From an uncultured Ignavibacteriaceae bacterium (GTDB lineage: Bacteria; Bacteroidota; Ignavibacteria; UBA10030), in the NCBI GenBank assembly GCA_964473365.1, contig CAYYOV010000009.1, positions 7,630 through 71,629 on the forward strand: a DNA stretch of 64,000 bases, in the 5' to 3' direction. The notes below the pieces were generated by a model. That model worked only from the letters and a program-made list of their open reading frames with translations. It made no database searches and was not told the origin of the DNA. Of this stretch, positions 31,489 to 40,468 are shown in pieces. The first letter of the stretch is position 1. The number at the start of each line of letters is the position of its first letter. Position numbers and translations under genes: made by a program.

Positions 31489-32880
31489 TCAGAGCCTCGC
31501 CCCGAGTCGTTTGAGCTCCGCACGCAATGCAATGCCATCGACCTTTCTCAACGGGATCTTCGCACTCAGAGACATCGCCGCTGCCACTGCAGCCGCTTCC
31601 CCCATTGCTCGGCAGTTCGACTGGATCCGGATAGAACTTTGCGCCTCGAACGAGGCGGAGAGACACCGACCCGCCACCAATACGCCCTCTACGCCGAGAG
31701 GGACCAGACATCGATACGGCACCTCATGATATTCGCCAGGCGGCAATTTCGTCATGCCGGCCCGATCATCACTCGGGTCCCGATGGACATCCAACGGGTA
31801 GTTGTTCCGGAGTATGGCATCCGGGAATTTCGCCGCTCCCAGCACTTCTTCGGTCGTCAGATAGTATTCTCCCCTGATGCGACGTGATTCCCGCACGCCC
31901 ACCATCGGCGCCGACATCACAAGATACGCCCGCTCGCAGCCCGGCAGGTACTTCCGGCAGAAGGTCACATAGCGCCCGATGATCTCTCGCCCCTTGATCT
32001 GGGCCTGGGTCAAATGCCGCACGTCCGTTCCATCCACATCTTCTCGGATCCGGGGACAATTGAACGCGAGTTCATTCGGCCGGCCCGCCATCGAGAACAC
32101 CTGGAAGTAGTCCCCGTCGCGCTCTTTTAGCACGCCATTCGTCACAGCCTGTCGAAAGATCGGTTCCAACGACCATCCTTTTCCCCATACCATGGCGGTG
32201 TGGACGAGCAACACATCCGAGCCTTCTGCCACCTCCATCACGTCGTGTCGCCCAAGCGAACGGAGGAATTCCGCGAACCGCTTCAGATCGACGTTGCCGA
32301 GATGGAACCTGACCGAGAACGGCTGATTCCGGCCGGTCATCGGATCGCCCTGCTCGACCTTCACACCGGCCCTGTATGCGACATCCGCGTCACCCGAGGC
32401 ATCGATGGTACGCTTCGCCTTGATGAAGCCGCGACCGGACTTGCTCAGCACGACAACGCCTGTGATCGCCCCACTGTCCACGACGGAATCCTCAAACATC
32501 GTGTAGTATTGGATCTCCGAGCCCGCTTCAATGACCATCTGCTCGAGGACGTACTTGAGCGATTCAGGATTGAACCAGCCACGGTTGCCGTCCCTCCACA
32601 CGCCAGACTCCTGGACGGCGTTGAGCTTCCGGTTGATCTCCAGATCGATACCGCCATTCAACGGCTCCCCTCCGATCTGATTTGGCATCATGGGAGTCAC
32701 GAGGGCGCCGGTCTGAGTTCCGCCCAGGGCCCCAAATTGCTCGACAACCAGCGTCCGCAACCCCTGGCGGCCTCCAGCGATCGCCGCTACGGCACCTGAC
32801 GTACCACCGCCCACGACGAGCACGTCGACGTCAGCAATGGTTGGAATGCGTTGATCACGGATGTCTGACAAAGCGAGCAT
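31489..32880 (-). CDS. FAD-dependent oxidoreductase (PF12831-like)
   Basis: DVLVVGGGTSGAVAAIA…LVVEQFGALGG Rossmann motif, IDASGDADVA, GVRESRRIRGEY, YEVP-like HEVPYRCLVP, LVAGRCLSA. Confidence 0.88.
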   Translation of the reverse strand: MLALSDIRDQRIPTIADVDVLVVGGGTSGAVAAIAGGRQGLRTLVVEQFGALGGTQTGALVTPMMPNQIGGEPLNGGIDLEINRKLNAVQESGVWRDGNRGWFNPESLKYVLEQMVIEAGSEIQYYTMFEDSVVDSGAITGVVVLSKSGRGFIKAKRTIDASGDADVAYRAGVKVEQGDPMTGRNQPFSVRFHLGNVDLKRFAEFLRSLGRHDVMEVAEGSDVLLVHTAMVWGKGWSLEPIFRQAVTNGVLKERDGDYFQVFSMAGRPNELAFNCPRIREDVDGTDVRHLTQAQIKGREIIGRYVTFCRKYLPGCERAYLVMSAPMVGVRESRRIRGEYYLTTEEVLGAAKFPDAILRNNYPLDVHRDPSDDRAGMTKLPPGEYHEVPYRCLVPLGVEGVLVAGRCLSASFEAQSSIRIQSNCRAMGEAAAVAAAMSLSAKIPLRKVDGIALRAELKRLGARL

Positions 32881-32896
32881 ATCACCGGACGTGAAA

Positions 32897-32905
32897 ATGG
32901 TACCA
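32897..32905 (-). promoter_or_regulatory. Possible internal extended -10 promoter (TGgTACCAT) upstream of the FAD oxidoreductase
   Basis: TG-N-TACCAT on the minus strand, 16 nt upstream of the ATG, in a 91-bp gap. The -35 is weak. Confidence 0.35.
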
Positions 32906-32971
32906 GATCAGCGAGTTATTCGGGCAAGCCGGAATGGAGCGGAGGCCTTCAGGTGGAGCTCAGACCGTTCG

Positions 32972-33691
32972 TCATAGGCGAGCATGGAGACCGATGCGAA
33001 CATCCACCATCTGCATTCCGCTGACGTTCTCCATGTCGAGGGCGAGCGCCGGCCAGAGCTCGCCGATGATCAGCTTATAGCGGAGCCCGAGCGAGAGCCA
33101 CAGGGGCTCGAACGCCCGGATACGAATGTCCGACCCAACCTCAAACCCACCGCTCCATTCCTGCTGACGATTTTCGGGGACATTCAGGATGGCCAACGGG
33201 ACTGAGGTCCCGGCGGAATCGGCTACGAGCGTCCCTTTGAACGCGCCGCGCAAGCTTGCCCAGCGATAGAACCCGAAGCCGAACGAGCCGTCTGCCTCGA
33301 TGAGGTCGCTGCGGAAAACAGGCACCGTACCGATGGCCAGTACGCCGACAGCCTGGACGTTTACATCGAGACCGGTCAGCGGGAGTTCGAACACACGGTC
33401 AACGCCCGATACCTCCTTCTTCCGCCGCAACACCAACGCCTTCGTGTTCTCCTTCGTAAAGGTAAGCATTTCGAGGCGCGCACCCCAATGTGGTTCATCG
33501 TCTCCCGCTGGCTGGAACAACACGCCCCCACTCCATCCCGCGCTGACACGGTTCGAAAGCGATCCCAGCGGTACGGCGATTCCACCCTCCACACCAACAA
33601 CGGTCGGAGACAGGATCAACTGCCCCAAGCTTCCGTTGGAGATCGCAATGAGGGACAGGGCCGACCATATGACAATTCGGACGGTTTTCAA
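32972..33691 (-). CDS. Outer-membrane beta-barrel protein (hypothetical, ~8-strand type)
   Basis: Signal peptide, alternating amphipathic strands, and a C-terminal strand (VRIGLHARL). Confidence 0.65.
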   Translation of the reverse strand: MKTVRIVIWSALSLIAISNGSLGQLILSPTVVGVEGGIAVPLGSLSNRVSAGWSGGVLFQPAGDDEPHWGARLEMLTFTKENTKALVLRRKKEVSGVDRVFELPLTGLDVNVQAVGVLAIGTVPVFRSDLIEADGSFGFGFYRWASLRGAFKGTLVADSAGTSVPLAILNVPENRQQEWSGGFEVGSDIRIRAFEPLWLSLGLRYKLIIGELWPALALDMENVSGMQMVDVRIGLHARL

Positions 33692-34422
33692 TAGAGGAAC
33701 TCCAACGCAAGCCGACCCGTCACGGAGCGGTCGAATGGCATCTCATCGTAACCCATGGAGCCTGAGGTGGGTATGATCTGCACGAATCGTCCTCCCGCAC
33801 GGAGGCGGAGCAGTTCCGAGATACGGACCGAAACATCGATGGAAGCCATGCCGAACGCGGGATTCCCCTGTTTCGGGTTTGAGAACTGCTCATATGTGTA
33901 TTCAAATGTGTGGTCTGCCGCGGCAAAATATCGAGACCAGTGTTCCTGGAGGTAGAGCTTTCGGGTGAAGAAGATGATCCCGCCGCCCACTGACGGTATG
34001 ATCGAGATGTCCTCTCCGAGCGCGATGGCATAGTGCAACGACACCGAGATCGGAACTGCCTGCATCCGCTGGAATGGAGTCAGCGTAGCGCTGATGATCG
34101 ATGAATCAGGGCCCCGTACGATCGATTGGACCAATCCCGCGTAGCGATCGTTCCAGAATGTCCAATTCCACTTCTGGAGTGCACTGTCCTGATCGATGGA
34201 GTAGCGTTCATATCCCACCCCCACCGAAAGCGAAAGGTCGCCCACCAGACTGATGCGCAGGTCCACGCCAGTCGCAAGCCCATGGGCCTCGTTGACGCGG
34301 ATCCGCTCCGAGATCGAGCGGACAAAACCGCCGTTGACCAAGACCGCTTCAACCTGGGCCGACATCGACGAAATGACGACGGCCATGATCATGCCGACCC
34401 GTATGGCGCGACGGGAGATCAT
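33688..34422 (-). CDS. Outer-membrane beta-barrel protein (hypothetical)
   Basis: Signal peptide, amphipathic strands (LSLSVGVGYERY, IIPSVGGGIIFF) and a C-terminal aromatic (LALEFLY). ATGA overlaps on both sides. Confidence 0.65.
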   Translation of the reverse strand: MISRRAIRVGMIMAVVISSMSAQVEAVLVNGGFVRSISERIRVNEAHGLATGVDLRISLVGDLSLSVGVGYERYSIDQDSALQKWNWTFWNDRYAGLVQSIVRGPDSSIISATLTPFQRMQAVPISVSLHYAIALGEDISIIPSVGGGIIFFTRKLYLQEHWSRYFAAADHTFEYTYEQFSNPKQGNPAFGMASIDVSVRISELLRLRAGGRFVQIIPTSGSMGYDEMPFDRSVTGRLALEFLY

Positions 34423-35351
34423 ATCTGCACCTGCGCCGAGAACCGCAGTACATCTCCCAGTCGCCCGAACAGGACGTATGCAAAGTCGAGATCTACCGGC
34501 AGACCGATATTGGACCTGATCCCGAGCCCGAAGCTATGGTCTTCTTCATCATAGCCGAATTTATGACCGTATCGCAGCGTGATCGATTCCTGCCACGAGA
34601 GCTCGACCCCGGCGTGCACGCGTTCGTCGTTGTCGCTCGGGTGCAAGGCGACTGCCATGACGGTGATCCGGAGCGGATCGCCGTTCTCTCCAAGGAGGTC
34701 CATCGCTGCCCCCAATCGGAGCGTCGAAGGCATCCGGAACTCATCGTTGATGAACTTCGCATTCGTGCCAAAGTTCTGGATGACCGCCGCCAAGCGCAGG
34801 GAGCGGAATCCCGTATGATAGATGATGCCGCCGTCAAGAAGTACGTTGCTGGCGTGGTAGACGTCGATGCGCTCTTCCACATATTTGAGCGACAGACCAA
34901 AAGCGAACTTGTCCGTCAGTTTCCGCCCATACGAAAGTCCCACAGCCATGGAACGCGCGCTGAACGTTCCCATGGAGGAGAATTCACGGGTCCCAAGTTC
35001 ACGTACCGTACGATCCATCGAGCCGTGGTCCATCACGTTCACCGATACACCAACAAGCCCGACGCTGAGCGGCACAGCATAGGCCAGCCCATAATGCGAT
35101 ATCCCCGCGACCCATGGAGAGTACGAGAGCCCGACGGCTTGGGCTTCCATTCCGTACGCAGGTCCGGCCGGATTGAGAAAGAGCCCAAGCGGTCCCGGAT
35201 CAGCCCCCGCCAGGCCCGTCTCACCAAGTGCGGCATCGCGCGCAGACATCGGCACTTCAAGGAACGTGAACCCTGCCGTGGCCGTGCGCTTAAAGGTCTG
35301 GGCCGTGAGCCCAGCCGTGACGGCGATGACCAGGAGGAGGGCCCGTTTCAT
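34419..35351 (-). CDS. PorV/PorQ family (UPF0164-like) outer-membrane protein
   Basis: AGFTFLEVPMSARDAALGE…LFLNPAG, SYSPWVAGI, FGLSLKYVEE, LRLAAVIQNFG, PSTLRLG, LRYGHKFGYDEE, LGDVLRFS. Confidence 0.85.
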   Translation of the reverse strand: MKRALLLVIAVTAGLTAQTFKRTATAGFTFLEVPMSARDAALGETGLAGADPGPLGLFLNPAGPAYGMEAQAVGLSYSPWVAGISHYGLAYAVPLSVGLVGVSVNVMDHGSMDRTVRELGTREFSSMGTFSARSMAVGLSYGRKLTDKFAFGLSLKYVEERIDVYHASNVLLDGGIIYHTGFRSLRLAAVIQNFGTNAKFINDEFRMPSTLRLGAAMDLLGENGDPLRITVMAVALHPSDNDERVHAGVELSWQESITLRYGHKFGYDEEDHSFGLGIRSNIGLPVDLDFAYVLFGRLGDVLRFSAQVQI

Positions 35352-37438
35352 CGCACGATCGCCAATTTGCCGATCTTCGTTCCCATCGGCGATTCAACAT
35401 GGTAGATATAGATGCCGCTCTCCACGAACTGACCGAAGTCGGTCAACTGATCCCAGGGAACGATACCGCCGAACCCATCCGGAACGACAAGCGTCTTGAC
35501 CAGATCTCCCCGGACGGTATAGATGCGGATCGTTGCGGGATTCGGGACATTGACGAACTGGATCTCGTCCCCTTGCGTCGGCTGCGAGAACCCCTCGCCA
35601 ATGACGTACGGATTCGGCACGACGAGGATCCTGTCGATCGACGACGACGCCGGCAACGTCATCTTGAATGGCGAGGTCGTCCGGTTGGCGAAGAGGGACG
35701 ATTCAAGTGGCGGAACACGATTATTACCCGTCTCAGGGAAGACCGCCGACGGATTGACCGGCCATGAGACCTTCCCTGTGTCGTACGCCGTCAAGGCATA
35801 GTAATAGCCCGTGCCGACATCGCCAGTTGAGTCGATATACACGTAGCGTCCTGTCGAGCCGTCGTAGTACCGTGCATCCCCTTTCGTCACGGTGCCGATC
35901 TGCGTCCAGGGCCCGATGGGCAAGTACGACGACCGATACAGTCGGTAACCGGCGAGATCGAACGTGCCGTCGTCCGGGTCAGCAAGCGATTCCGTCTCCG
36001 TGCCCCAGGAAATTGTCGTGGCAGCGAAGCCGGGGCGGTCCCGCAGATAATCGAGCGCAAACACCGGCGCGGCCGGTGGATCCGGATGATTCAGGCCCGG
36101 CTGGCTGGCGATGCGCGACTGATCGTATGTGAATTGGGCCTTGCGCGCGCTTGTTTGGAAGATCGTTGACCCAGCGCCAATGCTCGCCTTCGAGGCCGTA
36201 GGATTCACGACGACGCTGTAGTCGACGCCGTCCACGATCTCGGCCACGGCGACGACGACCGAATCCCCGGGAGCGAGATTCCACGGACCAAGCGACATCA
36301 GCGACCATACACGCGTACGTCGCATTTGGAGCGTGTCGGACGACGATGCGATCGGATTCGTGGCGTTGGCCGGATCGCGAAGGACGTCGTACCGCGATTC
36401 GAACGTCGCCTTGCCGGTGAAGGGCCCGCCCTGATCGATCGAGGGACTTCCGCCTGACCAGGCGATCTTGTTGACGCGTGTCGTTTGACCAAGCTTGTTC
36501 GGACTCGCGTACAGCAGTTTGACGCCAGCGTGTCCAGGGGCCAGCCATTCGCCTGTGGCATCCCCATTCGGTCCAATGGGTCCTTGTGTCCGGGACCGCA
36601 TGTATTCCTCATCCTCGGGAGTGTCGAGATAGTCCCCGGACCGAGCCCACATCATGTTGTATGTCGGATGGGCCGGATTGGCGCTGAGCGGTCCGAAGTG
36701 GTAGGTACCGCGTGAACCCGATGGGAGCGTCGGGAACAAGACCGTCCAGGCCCGAGAGTTGACGTGAAGCCCGTAGACGGCGAGTGCATAGAAGTCGAAC
36801 AGCGTATCCTGAACGGCTCGGGACGTATCGAGCGCCCGGATCTCGGACGAGATGTTCTTGAAGGTGTACTCGTGAATGATGTAGTTCTCGTCGCGCCGGG
36901 AGCCGCTCCACTGATGGGAGAGCCGTGTGACCCGCACCGGCAGCTGCCGCTCGCGATCGTCAGTACGGTTGTAATTCAGATTGTATTCCCACGAGGTCTC
37001 GATGACCTCCTCTCCCACTCGCCCTGTCGTCTTCAAGTAGTGGTTGGCGCCGCCAGGATACCGGTGACGATGCTTTGTCACGATATACTTGGCGCTTGCC
37101 TCGTTGGCGATGCTGCTGGCGTAGATCGCCCAGTCCTCCACGGCGAAGACCGAATCGTTCCCCTTTTTCGCTCCAACGTAGAATCCACCCGTGACCATGT
37201 GAGACGGTGGGCCGCCGATATCGCGCGCGATCCACGTATCGTCGAAGCCTGGCCAGTCGAGTCCGATACCCCGCCGCCCCCAGTTGCTGTAGACGGGTCC
37301 CACTTTCCCAGCCTGTAGCGAATGCCACAACATGCCTCGCCGAAAATTGAGGATCGGAGATTCCACCTGGGCGGACAAATCGACGCCCGCGAGAGCAATG
37401 AGGCACAATGGAAGGATATGACGGAGCGAGGGTCGCAT
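35348..37438 (-). CDS. Secreted TBDR-associated protein with FnIII-like domain and variant T9SS/FlgD-Ig C-terminal domain
   Basis: Signal peptide MRPSLRHILP…SAQ from ATG at 37438 (TGATG overlap with the TBDR). FnIII-like PPAAP…ISW…GYRLYRS…YYYALTAYD, and CTD VVPNPY…ATIRIYTVRGDLVKTL…WD…SGIYIYHVE…GKLAIVR. Confidence 0.75.
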   Translation of the reverse strand: MRPSLRHILPLCLIALAGVDLSAQVESPILNFRRGMLWHSLQAGKVGPVYSNWGRRGIGLDWPGFDDTWIARDIGGPPSHMVTGGFYVGAKKGNDSVFAVEDWAIYASSIANEASAKYIVTKHRHRYPGGANHYLKTTGRVGEEVIETSWEYNLNYNRTDDRERQLPVRVTRLSHQWSGSRRDENYIIHEYTFKNISSEIRALDTSRAVQDTLFDFYALAVYGLHVNSRAWTVLFPTLPSGSRGTYHFGPLSANPAHPTYNMMWARSGDYLDTPEDEEYMRSRTQGPIGPNGDATGEWLAPGHAGVKLLYASPNKLGQTTRVNKIAWSGGSPSIDQGGPFTGKATFESRYDVLRDPANATNPIASSSDTLQMRRTRVWSLMSLGPWNLAPGDSVVVAVAEIVDGVDYSVVVNPTASKASIGAGSTIFQTSARKAQFTYDQSRIASQPGLNHPDPPAAPVFALDYLRDRPGFAATTISWGTETESLADPDDGTFDLAGYRLYRSSYLPIGPWTQIGTVTKGDARYYDGSTGRYVYIDSTGDVGTGYYYALTAYDTGKVSWPVNPSAVFPETGNNRVPPLESSLFANRTTSPFKMTLPASSSIDRILVVPNPYVIGEGFSQPTQGDEIQFVNVPNPATIRIYTVRGDLVKTLVVPDGFGGIVPWDQLTDFGQFVESGIYIYHVESPMGTKIGKLAIVR

Positions 37439-40400
37439 CAGAACGTGAACCCGACGGAGAGGAACATCTGTCGCGGGATGTTCCGGTAGGCTTTGTAGGG
37501 CGCCGCGATGTGGCTGAGGCGCAGCGGATCGTCCCCTGGATCGGCCACCGTGAATCCGCGTTCGACCCAGTTGTTCCGGTCGACCTGGGCGTCCATCGGG
37601 GTCAGCCATTGATTATTGAACAGATTCATGATCCGGGCGCCGAGGATGACGTCCCGACCGAGCATGTGGAGGGTCTTGACGATGTTCAGATCGACGCTCG
37701 TTTCGATAGGATACCGCCTGTTGTAGAGCACGTCCTGGACGTCAAAATCGGTGACGTACGTGAACGGAAGACCCGACTGGGCAGCGTATGTCAGGCTCGC
37801 GGTCGTATTCTCGAACGGCGAGATCCCCGCGATCTCCACACCTTCCCCCTCACCCAACCGGTACTGCACCAGGGCGCGAAGGACATGCGTCCGGTCGGAC
37901 GGAGAGATGAATTCGCCCGTGAAATTGCGGGACGCAAATGCCGTCACCCCTGCAGGGAACTGCTCTTGAGGGCCATAGTTCCCTTCCGTCGTCTGCGACA
38001 GGTTGTAGCTGACACGGTAGTGCCACCGGGCGGGCGCAATACGCTCGAACGTGATCTCGATGCCTCGCGTCGACCCGAACGCATTGTTCGAGAAGGTCGT
38101 ATAGAGATACAACGGAGTATTGTCCGGCAGGACGCCCCTCGGACGATCGGCGCTTCCCGTCAGCGCCGCAACCCGCAGCAGCCCGATCTGGCTCACGCGG
38201 TCGTTGTAGTATACCGCCACGTCGAACCGATGGTTCTCGCCCACCACCTGCTGGATCCCGAACTCGTAGTTGATCGTCTTTTTCGGCTCCAGGTTCGGAT
38301 TTCCCCGACCCGTCCAGCCGCTTTGGGTGCGCTGGGATAGCGCATGCGAGAAGATCGGCATGGAAGCAAAATGTCCATACTGAATGCGGAACGCGGTATT
38401 CTCGCCGATCGGGAACGACAGCCCCAGTCGCGGCATGAGCACGGTGCGCGTCTTGGACGCAACCGTTTGCGGATCGCCGACATAGTTCGGCCGGACATTG
38501 TTGCTCAACGTCCCCTGGTAGAACGGGTCGAAGAGATCGACCGCCACATCCTCCTGGAAATTGTACGCCTCTGCTCTCAAACCAAAATTCGCGACGAGCC
38601 CTTCATACTCCATCTTGTCCTGCGCATACGCCGAGAGAAGCCAGGGGTATGCTTTGTAGTATTCCGCAAAACCCGACCGGAAGAGATACGAATTCGCCTG
38701 GAACGAGGAATTGACGCCGTTGTTGACCATGTCCCAGTAGTAGCCGCGGAGACCGACTTTCAGCAGGTTCGAAGAAGTGATCTGGTTGGTGTAGTCGACG
38801 GAGACGGAGACGTGCTCCGTTCGATTGTACTGGTAGTAGTTCGTGCTGAAGTTGAACGGCTCCCGAAAGTACGATCCGTCCCACCACACTCCTTGGCGCA
38901 GTACGCTGCCCGACGCATCGTTCAGACTGTCGAGCCGGTCGCGTGCCGACTCATATCCTGCCAGATATTCGTACGGCAATTCGTATGTTTCCATCTGGTG
39001 CGACGCCGTCACCTCGACGAACGAATGGGTATCGATGGTATAGACCCAGTTCAGGCTCTGCGTGAACGTCTCCTCCGTCCGGACCGGATCTGTCTTGATG
39101 TAGTATTTCGTCGAAATGCCCGGTGGGCTGAAGGCCAGGCCCGACCAGCGGATATCGTCTGAACCGGACCAGATCCCGCCGCGATATCGCTGGTACATGC
39201 CGAGGAGCTTGAACTTGTGCGCCCGGACCGGCGTGTAGATGATATTCGTCAGGTAGTTCTGGAAGACAAGGTTCTGCTCGGAAGTCGGGAGACGCGTGGG
39301 GGCGGTTCGATACTCTCCCGAGAAGAAGAAGCGAAGCAGGTCCGGATCGCGGGTCAGAGGGCCGCCGAATCCGACGAGGTAGCGGGTGTACATCCCTTTC
39401 CGGTAGTCATAGACGCCGAGCGGATTGTCGTCGCTCGGAGTGTGGTTCTTCAGCCACACGTCGTAGGCCCAGGCGGCCTCGCGGACCACCACATCACGCC
39501 ACGCGGCGGAATCCGCCGACGACGCCGTACCTGTCTGATACATCCTGTTGTAGAGTGCAGACGCCCTCGTATTCAGGCCGAGCTGGTCTGCAATGAGCCG
39601 AAGGTCCCGGATCCAATAATTGAAATCCCCCCAGCGCTGCCATTCGTAGCTGTTCCGGTCGTAGACGTACGGTCCAAAGTGGTATTGGCCCGGCGGGCGG
39701 ACCTCCATCCGAAATTCGCCGTTGAACCGCGGGCCCCCTTCCTTTGAGACCACCTTCACGACACCCGCCTGCGCATTGCCGTACTCTGCCGAGAAACCTC
39801 CAGAGATCAGCTGGACCTGCTGCACCGCGATCGGGTTGATGTCGAACTTCCACGAATTGTCCGCCTTGCTTGTCCCAAACGAACCGGGGGCCGTTGTCGA
39901 CGAATTGATCTGCTGGACTCCGTTGATCTGGTAGTTGACTTCGTACGCACCCGACCCGCGGACGCTGTAGTTCCCCTGTGCGTCCTTCTGAAAACCGGCC
40001 ACCAGATCGAGCGCGCCCCGGATGCCTTCCATGGGAGCCGATTTCAGCTGCGACTCCGTGATGCTCTGCGACGTCGACGTCTGGTCACGGATGACCTTCG
40101 GCCGCTCGGCTGTGACGATCACTTCCTTCTGCTGGATGGTGGCATCCTCAAGGCGGAGTATCAGGTCCGTTGTCCGGTCGATGAGGATCTCCACACCCCG
40201 GACCGTGGTTCGGTTGTATCCCAGCATGGATCCGACGACCTGATATGTGCCCGGCGGAATGTTCAGGATGGTGAACCGACCCTCGAAGTCGGTCGCCGCT
40301 CCAAGGGTCGTTCCCTGGAGGAACACGTTCGCACCGATCAACGGCTCCTGGGTCCGAACGTCCATGACGACGCCGGAAAGCTTTCCCCGCTGTCCCTGCG

Positions 40401-40461
40401 CATGGAGCACCGCCATGCTCAGGAATATGACGATGGTCCCTATGACGACACGAAGCGACAC
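37438..40461 (-). CDS. TonB-dependent receptor (carboxypeptidase-regulatory-like N-domain, plug, barrel)
   Basis: GKLSGVVMD…EPLIGANV…GAATDFEGRF.I.NIPPGTY, VTAERP, VQLISGGFSAEYGNAQAGVV plug, GNPNLEPKKTINYEFG, and C-terminal PRQMFLSVGFTF. Confidence 0.92.
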   Translation of the reverse strand: MSLRVVIGTIVIFLSMAVLHAQGQRGKLSGVVMDVRTQEPLIGANVFLQGTTLGAATDFEGRFTILNIPPGTYQVVGSMLGYNRTTVRGVEILIDRTTDLILRLEDATIQQKEVIVTAERPKVIRDQTSTSQSITESQLKSAPMEGIRGALDLVAGFQKDAQGNYSVRGSGAYEVNYQINGVQQINSSTTAPGSFGTSKADNSWKFDINPIAVQQVQLISGGFSAEYGNAQAGVVKVVSKEGGPRFNGEFRMEVRPPGQYHFGPYVYDRNSYEWQRWGDFNYWIRDLRLIADQLGLNTRASALYNRMYQTGTASSADSAAWRDVVVREAAWAYDVWLKNHTPSDDNPLGVYDYRKGMYTRYLVGFGGPLTRDPDLLRFFFSGEYRTAPTRLPTSEQNLVFQNYLTNIIYTPVRAHKFKLLGMYQRYRGGIWSGSDDIRWSGLAFSPPGISTKYYIKTDPVRTEETFTQSLNWVYTIDTHSFVEVTASHQMETYELPYEYLAGYESARDRLDSLNDASGSVLRQGVWWDGSYFREPFNFSTNYYQYNRTEHVSVSVDYTNQITSSNLLKVGLRGYYWDMVNNGVNSSFQANSYLFRSGFAEYYKAYPWLLSAYAQDKMEYEGLVANFGLRAEAYNFQEDVAVDLFDPFYQGTLSNNVRPNYVGDPQTVASKTRTVLMPRLGLSFPIGENTAFRIQYGHFASMPIFSHALSQRTQSGWTGRGNPNLEPKKTINYEFGIQQVVGENHRFDVAVYYNDRVSQIGLLRVAALTGSADRPRGVLPDNTPLYLYTTFSNNAFGSTRGIEITFERIAPARWHYRVSYNLSQTTEGNYGPQEQFPAGVTAFASRNFTGEFISPSDRTHVLRALVQYRLGEGEGVEIAGISPFENTTASLTYAAQSGLPFTYVTDFDVQDVLYNRRYPIETSVDLNIVKTLHMLGRDVILGARIMNLFNNQWLTPMDAQVDRNNWVERGFTVADPGDDPLRLSHIAAPYKAYRNIPRQMFLSVGFTF

Positions 40462-40468
40462 AGTCAGA

